Below, in pieces: positions 49,688 through 59,973 of a DNA stretch of 64,000 bases. Position 1 is the stretch's first letter, and the number at the start of each line of letters is the position of its first letter. The notes under the pieces were generated by a model. It had not been told where the DNA came from. It worked only from the letters and a program-made list of their open reading frames with translations, and did not search any database. The translations under genes and the position numbers were made by a program. This stretch comes from Candidatus Binatia bacterium. Lineage in GTDB: Bacteria > Desulfobacterota > Binatia > Bin18. Where the stretch lies: positions 1-64,000 of the forward strand of contig CAXXHG010000030.1 of NCBI GenBank assembly GCA_963666315.2, written 5' to 3'.

Positions 49688-51195
49688 ATACCGAATTATT
49701 TATTCTCTTTGTCATGGCCCCGCTGTTTACGGCGGTGGTCTTGTTCGCCTTAGGCAAACATCGCATAACCCAGCGCTGTATCAGCTTGGGGGTCGTCATC
49801 GGGCTGTGGATTTTTTCTATCGCTGCCCTCATCTATGTCTTGCAGAACGGCATTGTGGTCCTGCGCATGGGCAATTGGCACGCGCCTTACGGGATCACCC
49901 TGGTCGCTGATGTACTCGGCATGACCATGGTGACGCTCAATATGACGATAGCCCTGGCGGTCACCCTGTTCTCACTGCCGACTGTGGATGTGAAGCGCCA
50001 GGATCACTTCTATTATCCGCTCTTTTTTATCCTGCTGATGGGCGTGAACGGCGCCTTTCTGACTGGAGATATTTTCAATCTGTTTGTCTTCTTTGAGATT
50101 TTATTGATTGCCTCCTACGCTTTGATGGTACTCGGCTCGGAACCCGGCCAACTGCGCGAGACGCTCAAATACCTGTTCGTCAACATGATCGCCTCAACCT
50201 TCTTTCTGATCGGCTTGGCCATGCTGTACCGAACTATGGGGACGCTCAATATGGCGGACCTGGCCCTCAAAGTGCAAATGTTGCCCTACTCTGACGGCAC
50301 CTTGCTCACTGTACTCGCCATGGTGTTCCTGTTTGTCTTCGGCACCAAGGCGGCCATCTTTCCGCTGTACTTCTGGCTGCCCGGCCCCTATTTTCCGCCG
50401 CCATCCGGCATTAGCGCGTATTTTGGCGGCATTCTGACCAAGGTCGGCGTGTATGCCATCTTTCGGACCTTTACCCTGATCTTCTGCCACAATCCTGGCG
50501 TGACCCACGAACTGCTATTGGTCATCGCTGCCTTGACCATGATTCTGGGAGTGTTTGGTGCCATTTCACAAATGGATATGAAACGCATTTCGTCCTACCA
50601 CATCATCAGCCAGATTGGATATATGATCCTGGGCATCGGCCTGTTCACCACCCAAGCTCTGGCAGGCGCACTGTTCTATATCATCCATCATGTCATCGTT
50701 AAATCGACCCTCTTCCTCGTATCGGGTGTGGTCCAGATGACCACCGGGACGACTCATCTGAAGAAGATCGGTGGTTTGCAGGCCCGTTCGTAGTTCTTGA
50801 GCGCCCTATTCCTCATTGCCGCACTCAGTCTGGCGGGGATCCCACCGCTGAGCGGCTTTTTCAGTAAGTTTATTATTCTTCAAGAAGGCGTTCAGCTTGG
50901 TCGCTACGGCTATGTTGCTATCGGTCTGGTGTGCAGACTGCTGACCATTTTTTCTATGCTGAAGATCTGGAACGGCGTGTTCTGGGGCGAGCAGACGGGA
51001 GAGATTCGTCAGGTCTCAATGCCTATGCTGCTCCCCGGCGTTATCCTGCTGGTTGCACTCACGGTCGGCATCGGCCTGTTTCCCCACGTGATCTACGGCG
51101 TGGTTGAAGTCGCTGCAGAGCAAATGATCAGTCCGGATGCCTATATCGAAGCCGTGCTCGGCTCTGACTCGCTCACACAGGTCGCAAAATTATGA
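49684..51195 (+). CDS. mrpD: Mrp antiporter subunit D; in-frame TAG at 50791-50793
   Basis: TGDIFNLFVFFEI, GTLNMADL, TKVGVYA, GIPPLSGF. Confidence 0.92.
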
Positions 51196-51668
51196 TTCAG
51201 CATTTCTTCCTCAATTGTGGTCTGGCCTTTGTCTGGTGCTTGCTGCAGGGCGCAGTCACCCTGCAGCAATTCATCATCGGCTATCTCATCAGTGTGGGCA
51301 TCATGCTGTTCTTTGTCCGCATTTTCCAAGAACAGCTGTATTTCCGCCAAGTGGCATGTGCGCTGAAGCTTCTGGGTTCGTTTCTTAAGGAGCTTTTAGT
51401 TGCCAACTGGCGAGTCGCCAAGAAAGTGCTCTCCCCTGAGATCAACGTCCAGTCCGGCATGATCGCCTATCCGTTAGGACTCAAGAGTGACATTCTGATT
51501 ACCCTGCTGGCCAATATCATCACTCTGACTCCAGGAACGTTGTCGGTCGAAATATCAGATGATCGCAAATTTCTGTTTATTCATGTCTTGGATATTGCCG
51601 ATCCGGAAAAAGAAAAGCAGTCTATCAAGGACAGTTTTGAACACTACCTCCTGAGGATGGCCCAATGA
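51192..51668 (+). CDS. mrpE: Mrp antiporter subunit E
   Basis: ANIITLTPGTL. Confidence 0.93.
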   Translation: MIQHFFLNCGLAFVWCLLQGAVTLQQFIIGYLISVGIMLFFVRIFQEQLYFRQVACALKLLGSFLKELLVANWRVAKKVLSPEINVQSGMIAYPLGLKSDILITLLANIITLTPGTLSVEISDDRKFLFIHVLDIADPEKEKQSIKDSFEHYLLRMAQ

Positions 51669-51946
51669 TCAACGCGGTTACATTATTTGTCCTGTTCGGA
51701 ATTTCGGTGTGTATTGCGCTCAGCGCCTACCGCGCATTCATCGGCCCCACGATCCCTGATCGGGTTATTGCGTTGGACAACATCACCACCAATATCGTGG
51801 CCGCCATTGTCGTCTTTGCGATTCGGGCGGAACAAGCGATGTATATCGATGCGGCTTTAGTCATCACCCTGCTGTCCTTTCTCACCACTGTCTCTTTGGC
51901 CAAATATCTGCTGAGCGGAACAGTGATCGATGGAACTGCTTATTAG
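51665..51946 (+). CDS. mrpF: Mrp antiporter subunit F
   Basis: GPTIPDRVIALD. Confidence 0.93.
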   Translation: MINAVTLFVLFGISVCIALSAYRAFIGPTIPDRVIALDNITTNIVAAIVVFAIRAEQAMYIDAALVITLLSFLTTVSLAKYLLSGTVIDGTAY

Positions 51947-52394
51947 TGGCTTTTTACTAGCTGGATTATTCTTCTTACTGACGGGAGCCTTGGGCCTGTT
52001 ACGGCTGAAGGACGTCTACTCGCGTATGCACGCGACCACCAAGAGCACCACCCTGGGTGTTGCCGGCATGGTCCTGGCCGCGTTGTTCAGCATGCGTGCC
52101 TTAGGGCTCTCATCTGGACTCAAGGAGACGCTCACTTTGTTCTTCCTCTTTCTGACCGCACCGGTTGGCGCCCATATGATCGCCCGGACCGCATACCGGT
52201 CGGGTATTCCGCTGTGGAAAGGTGGCGTGATCGACGAAATGAAGGCGTGGCAAGATGGAACTTTAGACGATCCGAACCAGCCAGCTAGTCCGGCAGACCC
52301 TGTTAGTCCTGTTGATATTGACGGTCCGCAAGAGGCTCCGGCCCAATCCCCTGATTCTGATCAAATGCCTTCCGAAGAAGAAGTTTACCTGTAG
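51930..52394 (+). CDS. mrpG: Mrp antiporter subunit G
   Basis: DVYSRMHATTKSTTLG, LTAPVGAH. Confidence 0.93.
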   Translation: MELLISGFLLAGLFFLLTGALGLLRLKDVYSRMHATTKSTTLGVAGMVLAALFSMRALGLSSGLKETLTLFFLFLTAPVGAHMIARTAYRSGIPLWKGGVIDEMKAWQDGTLDDPNQPASPADPVSPVDIDGPQEAPAQSPDSDQMPSEEEVYL

Positions 52395-52592
52395 TAGTTT
52401 TTATTTTCCATTAGCATTTCTGATCTATCCTGCTCTCTATAGCCGCGCGTTTCCCACACCCGTGGCCCTTTACTCTTCTTGTAGAAGCGTTTATCTTCCC
52501 CGCGTGCCGTTACGGGTGTCGCCTTCGTGCGTCTTTTCACCGTGCGCAGGGCATAAATCCAACATTCGTCAGTACGAGGAGGGAAGGAAGAA

Positions 52593-54635
52593 ATGTTTAT
52601 TAATTCCGTCGTCGCGGTGATTCTCGGCCTTGTCGGGCTCGCCGTTGCGTTCAAGATCTATAAGGATGTAGCCAGCCAACCTGCGGGTAATGAACGCATG
52701 CAAGAGATTGCCGATGCTATCCATGAAGGCGCCATGGCCTTCCTCAAGCGTGAATACCAAATCTTGAGTATCTTTGTCTTAGCCGTCTTTGGCTTACTGG
52801 CTTGGAAAATCGCCGTTCCAACGGGTGTTGCCTTTCTCGCTGGTGCGGGTTGTTCCGTGCTGGCCGGCTATTTGGGCATGCATGCGGCCACAAAGGCGAA
52901 TGTGCGTACGTCACAGGCAGCCATGGCGGAAGGCGAAGGCGCTGCTCTCCTCGTCGCCTTTAATGGAGGCGCGGTGATGGGTCTCGCAGTCGCTAGCCTG
53001 GGTTTGCTGGGTGTGGGTACCCTGCTGGGCCTATACTCCGATCCGGAAACCTCAAAATACATCAGCGGCTTTGCCATGGGTGCCAGCTCTATTGCGCTGT
53101 TTGCTCGTGTCGGCGGTGGCATTTACACCAAAGCTGCCGATGTCGGCAGTGACTTGGTCGGAAAAATTGAGGCCGGCATTCCCGAAGATGACCCGCGCAA
53201 CCCTGGCGTCATCGCCGATAACGTGGGCGACAACGTGGGTGACGTAGCCGGTATGGGCGCGGATATTTTTGAATCCTATGTCGGCTCGATTATCGCCACT
53301 ATCGCGATTGGTGCTACAGCCTACGGCGCGTCATTAACAACATTGGGGAGTGAAGGCGCTGAAGAAGGCGCGGTCCGGAGCGCTTTAATGGCCCTGCCTC
53401 TGAGTATGGCAGCGGTTGGCCTCCTGGCTTCCTTTCTCGGCATCTTCTCAATGAAAGTCCTGAAAGACTCAGGACCGCAGAACGCGCTGCGCTATTCAAC
53501 CTTTATTGCCGCTGGCGCGTTCCTTGTGGCAGCATTCATTCTTATTCTCGTCTTCCCTGTCGCTACTGGAATTTTCTGGGCCGTTACGTCCGGCTGCATC
53601 GTGGGAATCGGGATTGGTCTGATCACGGAATATTATACATCCGCCGCACCAGTGCTCCGAGTCGCTGAGGCGTGCAAGACGGGCTCCGCCACAACTATCA
53701 TCCATGGTATGGCGGTCGGCTTGGAAAGCTGTGCCCTGCCCGTCCTCGCGATATGTCTTGCCATCTTTATTGCCAACCACTTTGCCGGCATATATGGCAT
53801 CGGTATTGCCGGAGTCGGCATGCTGGCTACCGTCGGCGTAACCATGACTGTGGACGCCTACGGCCCGGTTGCAGACAATGCTGGCGGTATTTCCGAAATG
53901 GCCAAGCTCGGTCCTGAAGTCCGCAAGATCACGGATGGCTTAGATGCGTTGGGCAATACGACGGCCGCTATTGGTAAGGGTTTTGCCATTGGTTCTGCCG
54001 CGCTCACCGCACTCGCCCTGTTCGCCGCATTTACCCAAACCGTTGGCCAAGCCCGAGGAGAACCTCTGCAAATCATTATAACCGATCCCATCGTGATGAT
54101 TGGACTGTTCCTGGGAGGCATTCTACCCTTCTTCATTGGCGCCCTGACCATGACCGCGGTGGGACGCGCTGCCGGTCAGATGGTGGATGAAATCCGGCGC
54201 CAGTTCCGCGAAATCCCTGGCCTGCTTGAAGGCAAGGAAGGCGTAAAGCCTGATACAGCCCGGTGTGTGGATATCTCCACTACTGCCGCGCTCAAAGAAA
54301 TGATCCTGCCCGGTCTGACCGCGGTTATCGCGCCGGTCTTAGTTGGTTTGGTTCTTGGCGCAGCCGCCCTGGGTGGTATGCTGGTCGGCGCAACTGTGAC
54401 AGGCGTCCTGCTTGCTCTGCTTATGGCCAATGCCGGCGGCGTCTGGGACAATGCGAAGAAAGCGATTGAAAGGGGCGATATCGAGGGTGAAGGCAAAGGC
54501 TCGGAAGCCCATAAGGCTGCCGTGGTCGGTGACACGGTTGGCGATCCGTTCAAAGATACCTCAGGTCCCTCGATGAACATCCTGATTAAGCTGATGTCTA
54601 TCGTGGCCCTAGTGATCGCACCGCTGTTGGTTTAA
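52593..54635 (+). CDS. hppA: membrane pyrophosphatase, K+-dependent Na+-translocating type
   Basis: [57 protein letters not shown]. Confidence 0.93.
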   Translation: MFINSVVAVILGLVGLAVAFKIYKDVASQPAGNERMQEIADAIHEGAMAFLKREYQILSIFVLAVFGLLAWKIAVPTGVAFLAGAGCSVLAGYLGMHAATKANVRTSQAAMAEGEGAALLVAFNGGAVMGLAVASLGLLGVGTLLGLYSDPETSKYISGFAMGASSIALFARVGGGIYTKAADVGSDLVGKIEAGIPEDDPRNPGVIADNVGDNVGDVAGMGADIFESYVGSIIATIAIGATAYGASLTTLGSEGAEEGAVRSALMALPLSMAAVGLLASFLGIFSMKVLKDSGPQNALRYSTFIAAGAFLVAAFILILVFPVATGIFWAVTSGCIVGIGIGLITEYYTSAAPVLRVAEACKTGSATTIIHGMAVGLESCALPVLAICLAIFIANHFAGIYGIGIAGVGMLATVGVTMTVDAYGPVADNAGGISEMAKLGPEVRKITDGLDALGNTTAAIGKGFAIGSAALTALALFAAFTQTVGQARGEPLQIIITDPIVMIGLFLGGILPFFIGALTMTAVGRAAGQMVDEIRRQFREIPGLLEGKEGVKPDTARCVDISTTAALKEMILPGLTAVIAPVLVGLVLGAAALGGMLVGATVTGVLLALLMANAGGVWDNAKKAIERGDIEGEGKGSEAHKAAVVGDTVGDPFKDTSGPSMNILIKLMSIVALVIAPLLV

Positions 54636-54653
54636 GCGTCCAACATTCGTTAC

Positions 54654-54691
54654 AAGGGCGGGTCTCGTACGTCTCGTACCCGCCCTTTTTT
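54654..54691 (+). terminator. Rho-independent terminator
   Basis: AAGGGCGGGT...ACCCGCCCTTTTTT. Confidence 0.75.
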
Positions 54692-54850
54692 GTTGTGCGA
54701 CTCTGGACACGTAGCGCATGTAGGGGAGTACTGAATACGTCCATATAGTGGTCCCGCTCCAAGATCGAGGGGGTACACACAAGAGAGGATGACGATAAGC
54801 TACTCACCTTCTCTGAAAGTTTTCTCCTCTATATTGAGATGAAACCACGG

Positions 54851-55697
54851 TTAGAGCTTCATTATTTTTCGGAGGACGAAATCCATGACACGGTCCGGAA
54901 CTACTGCGTTTAGAGAGAGGAGCAACTTGGCATCGAGACCTACTCGATACCGGATCTTGGGCCGTCGGGAAAAGAGTGCATGACAAATGGCCTCAACAAC
55001 TTTTTCAGGGGCGGTTGCCATTCCCCGGAATTGCTCTGTCGCGGCAATGAGGCCACTTCCGATTCGCCTATAAGTTTCTGCGCCGTCCCCTGCGACCCGA
55101 GCTACCGCGTCGTCGGCAGTGGTTCTTAGTACATCTAACATTCGAGTCGCCGTCCCACCAGGCTCGACAACCGAGACCTTCGCGCCAAAAGGATGCAACT
55201 CTCTGCGTAAAGAATCCGCCGCTGCTTCGAGAGCAAACTTTGACGCACAATACGGACCCGTCATGGGATACCCCACTTGCCCGCCAATGGTGCTGATGAA
55301 GATGATGCGACCTTTGGCTCTCCGTACATACGGGACTGCCCGATGGGTGATACTGACGTGACCGAAGAAGTTGACGTCAAACTGCTGTTTCCAGAGGTCA
55401 ACCGGCGTGAATTCGAACGCGCCCCACTGGACGGTACCAGCGTTGTTCACTACCCCGTATAGCCCACTGTCTTCGAATATCGGTGCGTAAACGTAAAAAG
55501 AACTTGTCCAACGATGCTTCGTCAGTAATATCAAAAAACACTGGCTCCACGTTTTGGGGAACGGTAGCTAACAGCTCATTCGCCGCATCTTGGTTACGCA
55601 CTCCGGCGAGGACCTTGTAGCCGTCATGAGCGAGACGAATGGCAGTCGCCCGACCAATCCCGGATGAGGCGCCCGATATCAGAATGGTTTTTTGCAA
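54851..55697 (-). CDS. SDR family oxidoreductase; frameshift near 55480
   Basis: ISGASSGIG in ORF 55398; NNAG and YCASK in ORF 54851; AGGAG RBS before TTG 55697. Confidence 0.88.
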
Positions 55698-55779
55698 TGG
55701 AGGCTCCTTAGAGTGATGCTGGGTTACGTGACACTGACCCGGCCTACAAGAGTTTGCAGCCCAAGACAAGTCTGGAGCA

Positions 55780-57525
55780 TCACATCGCATCCTTATTAAT
55801 CAACCCTTTCGCATCATCACCCCACGGCGGGAGTTCCACGTTGGCCGGAACCTCGACCAGCAGCAGATGGTGGTTGCCCTTCGGACCCGTGCCTGCACTG
55901 GTATCAACGAGGCGGAGCGGTTCTGCGAGTCCGACTGTTTTGATCCGTTCCCATTCTTCTTCCCACACCAGAATGAAATACGTTGTCTTCGGCGTTCCTC
56001 GCGGCAGATAAAAGGGAATACGCCGGTCGGCATAATACAACGCTCCGCTATCAAAGCTCCGATAGAAAAATAAACGCTGTTCCCCCGCCTGTTCGACCAC
56101 GCGACCCATAAAAGGCCGAAAGGTCCGGGCGGCGGCAATGGTGGGCTGAATAACATGGTTAATAAGCAGAAAGATGCTCGTGGTGAATACGACCAGCGCG
56201 CCAAAGACACGCTCCCAGGCCTGGCGACGAAGTCCCCAGCTGAGCAAGATCATTGCACCACCCACGCCCAAGAACCACAGGCCAAATGCTACGGGATGAT
56301 CGGCCACGATTCCGGTAAAAAGCGGCAGATTACTCTGATCTTTCGGATGAAGAAACGGTCGAATGATACCAAGGGGGTCAAGCCCAGCAGCTTGAGCGAT
56401 AACGCCGAGTATGGCCAGCCCAACAACTCCGAGGCACACAGAGCCCATAGCCTGCATAAGTTGGAGAAAACCACGCGGCAGGTCGATTGCTCCTTGACGT
56501 AGTTCTTGCCACCATGCACCGAGCAGCAGGGCAATCGCCGGATAGATCGGCAGAATGTAGACAGAACGTTTACTGCTTGAAACAGAATAGAAGAGGAAAA
56601 TCGTTGCAATCCACACGATCAGATACGTAAAATTCCTCTCAGCCCAACGCTGCCGACACTGATACAGAAAATAGATAAGCGCAGGAAAGAAAAAGCTCCA
56701 GGGAGCCATGCCCAGAAACAGATTCGGAATGAAATAGTAGAAGGGATGCGTATGCCCGGCTCCAGCTGACCCGCTGGAAACAAATCGCAGCACGTTTTCT
56801 TTCATAATCTGCTTGGCAAAAAACTCCTCACCACCCTGCCAGAGCGCCAGAGCGTACCAGGAACCGGCGACAGCGACGAAAAGCAGTCCACCCGAGATAA
56901 GGTGTAAACGGCGCAGAAAGCGCACATCACGCCGCAGGCAGAGAAAAACACCTATCGTCAATACGGGCAGCAGCGCTCCGATCGGGCCCTTTGCCAGTGT
57001 CGCCAGACCAAGCAGGGAGAAAAACCCCAACGCTGCGGCCCAACTCACCACTTCTTTCCGATACAGCGACCAAAAGGCAAAAAAGGCGGCCAGCATGAAG
57101 ACGGTCAGCGTCATGTCTACCCGGGCCGTTGTTGCCGCGCGAACCCATTCGAAACTGGTGGCAAGCGTCAGGCTGGCAAACAGCCCGGCTTCCACCCCCC
57201 AGAGCACAACGCCGATCCGATAGGTCATGAGAACGCCCAGCAGGGCCAATAGTGCAGACGGGAGACGAATGGTCAGCTCACTGAGCTGGCCGAAGACAAG
57301 AGCAATCAAGGTACCTAACCAGTGAAAGAGAGGCGGTTTCGAAGGAATAAGATGCCCGTTGCGTAGGGGCAGAATCCACTCACCGTTATGGTAGATCTCC
57401 CAAACAACCGTGGCTTCACGCGGCTGGCCTTTTGTGTAAAAGGGAACGTCCCCTAGTCCCCATACATACACTAGGATGCCAAAGAGAATGAGAGAAAAAG
57501 CAATGAAAATAGTGCGTTGTTGCAA
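55780..57525 (-). CDS. ArnT-like glycosyltransferase (GT39/GT83)
   Basis: KPPLFHW, RLPSA, ARVDM, LAKGP, HPFYYF, KRSVYILP. Confidence 0.9.
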   Translation of the reverse strand: MQQRTIFIAFSLILFGILVYVWGLGDVPFYTKGQPREATVVWEIYHNGEWILPLRNGHLIPSKPPLFHWLGTLIALVFGQLSELTIRLPSALLALLGVLMTYRIGVVLWGVEAGLFASLTLATSFEWVRAATTARVDMTLTVFMLAAFFAFWSLYRKEVVSWAAALGFFSLLGLATLAKGPIGALLPVLTIGVFLCLRRDVRFLRRLHLISGGLLFVAVAGSWYALALWQGGEEFFAKQIMKENVLRFVSSGSAGAGHTHPFYYFIPNLFLGMAPWSFFFPALIYFLYQCRQRWAERNFTYLIVWIATIFLFYSVSSSKRSVYILPIYPAIALLLGAWWQELRQGAIDLPRGFLQLMQAMGSVCLGVVGLAILGVIAQAAGLDPLGIIRPFLHPKDQSNLPLFTGIVADHPVAFGLWFLGVGGAMILLSWGLRRQAWERVFGALVVFTTSIFLLINHVIQPTIAAARTFRPFMGRVVEQAGEQRLFFYRSFDSGALYYADRRIPFYLPRGTPKTTYFILVWEEEWERIKTVGLAEPLRLVDTSAGTGPKGNHHLLLVEVPANVELPPWGDDAKGLINKDAM

Positions 57526-57623
57526 AGCAGTCTACTTGATGGCCAACTTAAAGGCTCACTTGCTAGCCCACTTGGTGGCGATGTAAATGCTCGCCGATGA
57601 AGCAGCGCGGGTTAGGCTGTCCT

Positions 57624-59552
57624 TCAGCTTTCGTCCCTGTCTTCACTTGTTGTCGAGTCAGGATCATCCGCAGAATCACTCGCTGAATCATCCTGAGGAG
57701 TTTCTCCGTCTTTCTCAAGCTGCTCAAGCTGCTGGGGCTGAAACTGCTGAGACTCAGGCAGAGGACCCTCGTCCGGAGGACTATCGTTAGCCTCACTCTG
57801 CTCCGCACTTTGTTCCATTTGGTCGTTCTGCCCGTTGTTTTGCTGAGGGAGTAAGGCAGCCAGGACAAGCCGATGTTTCTTATCCGGGCCTTGCCCTTCA
57901 CTCGTGACAAGTCGTTCTAGGTGCGGATAGGTTCCGGCCAGGTCCGGCCAGTCTTTTTCGCGTACTAAAAGATAGAGCGGCGCATCGACGTTGTGCCCAT
58001 CTTCCTCGGACAGTTGCGCTTGCGAATAGTCCGCAATATGTCTACCGGCATAGAAAATCGCCCCATAGTCAGACGCATCTTGGTAAAAATAGAGCGGCGC
58101 ATCTTGCACGGTTGAGCGCACGCCGAGCATAAAGGGTTTATACGTCCGCTCCTGGGCAATCAGGGGATGAAAGAGAGCATTCGTAAAATACAACGACGCA
58201 GAGATCGAAACCGTGAGTGCGGTAAAGACCGACATCCATTGGTCCCGCTTGAATCCCCACACATACCAGCCGGTCGCAAACAGGAGCAAAACAATCCAGA
58301 TAAAAATTACGCCAAATTGACTCTGCAGACTGTGTGCGATCAGGGGCAAATTGGCCCGATCTCTTGGATGCAGGAAAGGCGATATCATATGGTCCAAGTC
58401 AAAACCTATTCCGTGCACAATTAACACCAGGAGAACCAGCACCCCAACGCTACACAGGGCAAACGCACAAGCACGTGCCACTCGCTTGATCAACGGAGCT
58501 ATCGCCCGAGAGCCCTCGGTCAACTCCTGCCACCACAGGCCGAGCAGCAAAGCCAGGGCCGGATACACCGGCAGAATATAATTGCTCCGTTTGCCGGAAG
58601 CGAGGGAAAAGAAGAGCAATTCTACCCCGATCCAGACTAATAAATACAGCCGCTTCTTATCCTGCCATTCATCCCGTGCCCGATACAGGAAAATTCCTAC
58701 AGCGGGAAAAAACAAGCTCCAGGGTAACATGCCGACACACAGCGTTGGCAGGTAGTACCAAAATGCATGCTCCCGACTAGGGCCGCCTTGCTCGCTAGAG
58801 AAAAACCGAAAAATATTCTCGTCAAGGATTTGGCGCTGGAAAAACTCATCCCCGCCTTGCATGAATGCGAGCAGATACCACGAGGCCGCAATACTGCCCG
58901 TGATCACTAACCCTTCTACAAGGCGCATACGGCGCAGAAAGGCTAACTCTCTCGTCAGCCACAGAAAGGTTCCAACAACCACACTCGGCAAGAGAAGGCC
59001 CAGCGGCCCTTTTGCTAGGGCAGCGAAACCGACACTGCAGTAAAAGAGGACAAGAGTATGGTGTTGGGTAGCGCGTTCTTGGAACACGCGAAAGAAAAGG
59101 AACAGGGAAGAAGTAAGAAAGAAAAGCAGGACCATATCGCTCCGGGCATAGATCGACCAGCGCACCCACTCTGGAGACGTGGTCAAAATCAGTGCGGCCA
59201 GCAGGCCGATCCGCCAATTCCATACGGCTCGCCCAAAGAAGAAGGTATAGAGCACGGTCGCCGTGGCGAATAAGGCCGATGGAAATCGTACCCAAAATTC
59301 ACTCACCTGCCCGACGACGAGGGAGAAAAATGCACCGATCCAATGAAAAAGCGGCGGTTTGAGCGGCAGTTCCGTCCCATTGCGCAAGGGCAGAATCCAG
59401 CCCCCACCGTTCACCATCTCCCAGACTATCAAAGCTTCTTTCGATTCTTCGTAGTTGTAGAAGGGAATACGCCCCAAATCCAAAAAATAGAGTAGACAGC
59501 AAAGAAGGAGGAGACCGACAACGATCTGTCGGGTCCGCTGCGCTTCATTCAT
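57624..59552 (-). CDS. ArnT-like glycosyltransferase (GT39/GT83) with acidic low-complexity tail
   Basis: KPPLFHW, RFPSA, ARSDM, LAKGP, KRSNYILP; paralog of the adjacent gene. Confidence 0.9.
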   Translation of the reverse strand: MNEAQRTRQIVVGLLLLCCLLYFLDLGRIPFYNYEESKEALIVWEMVNGGGWILPLRNGTELPLKPPLFHWIGAFFSLVVGQVSEFWVRFPSALFATATVLYTFFFGRAVWNWRIGLLAALILTTSPEWVRWSIYARSDMVLLFFLTSSLFLFFRVFQERATQHHTLVLFYCSVGFAALAKGPLGLLLPSVVVGTFLWLTRELAFLRRMRLVEGLVITGSIAASWYLLAFMQGGDEFFQRQILDENIFRFFSSEQGGPSREHAFWYYLPTLCVGMLPWSLFFPAVGIFLYRARDEWQDKKRLYLLVWIGVELLFFSLASGKRSNYILPVYPALALLLGLWWQELTEGSRAIAPLIKRVARACAFALCSVGVLVLLVLIVHGIGFDLDHMISPFLHPRDRANLPLIAHSLQSQFGVIFIWIVLLLFATGWYVWGFKRDQWMSVFTALTVSISASLYFTNALFHPLIAQERTYKPFMLGVRSTVQDAPLYFYQDASDYGAIFYAGRHIADYSQAQLSEEDGHNVDAPLYLLVREKDWPDLAGTYPHLERLVTSEGQGPDKKHRLVLAALLPQQNNGQNDQMEQSAEQSEANDSPPDEGPLPESQQFQPQQLEQLEKDGETPQDDSASDSADDPDSTTSEDRDES

Positions 59553-59591
59553 GCAGCACCTCGAGTGTTGCACGTCTCAAGATATGCCCCA

Positions 59592-59861
59592 CTATGACGA
59601 GGCACCGCCTCGTCTGAGCACCCGGAAGTCGGCAAGCAGTTGGCCTACGCGCTCTTGCTCGGAGTTATACCGCCTCATCCCCAGGAATAATCTGACGAGT
59701 TCGTCTTCACCCGCTTCTTCGACCGGCTGCAATACCTTCAGCAACTCATCGACCAAATGAGGGAATTTCTCGCTCGGGATATAATAATGCGCCCAACCGA
59801 ATTCGCAGTGACGGTGAAGAATCTTGGCAATCATTTTTTCTAAGTTTTCCTGTCTAGCCAT
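59592..59861 (-). CDS. hypothetical protein
   Basis: 89-aa ORF with AGGAGG RBS, co-oriented upstream of the ArnT pair. Confidence 0.65.
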   Translation of the reverse strand: MARQENLEKMIAKILHRHCEFGWAHYYIPSEKFPHLVDELLKVLQPVEEAGEDELVRLFLGMRRYNSEQERVGQLLADFRVLRRGGASS

Positions 59862-59973
59862 GACTGCGCTTCCTCCTGTACGCGACGCGCCGATACCTTA
59901 ATAACTCTCAGGGTTTGAGTCAAGGAGAATCCCCCCTTTCCTATTCCCCCGGTTTCTGCCACAAGAGCCGACA

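Noticed and set aside
30387-50793. Stop-codon recoding (amber, pyrrolysine or selenocysteine) suggested by four in-frame TAGs and TGAs
   Set aside because: Expected residues differ between sites (Tyr, Trp, Gln/Glu), all three stop types are involved, TAG and TGA end many intact genes here, and frameshifts are equally common
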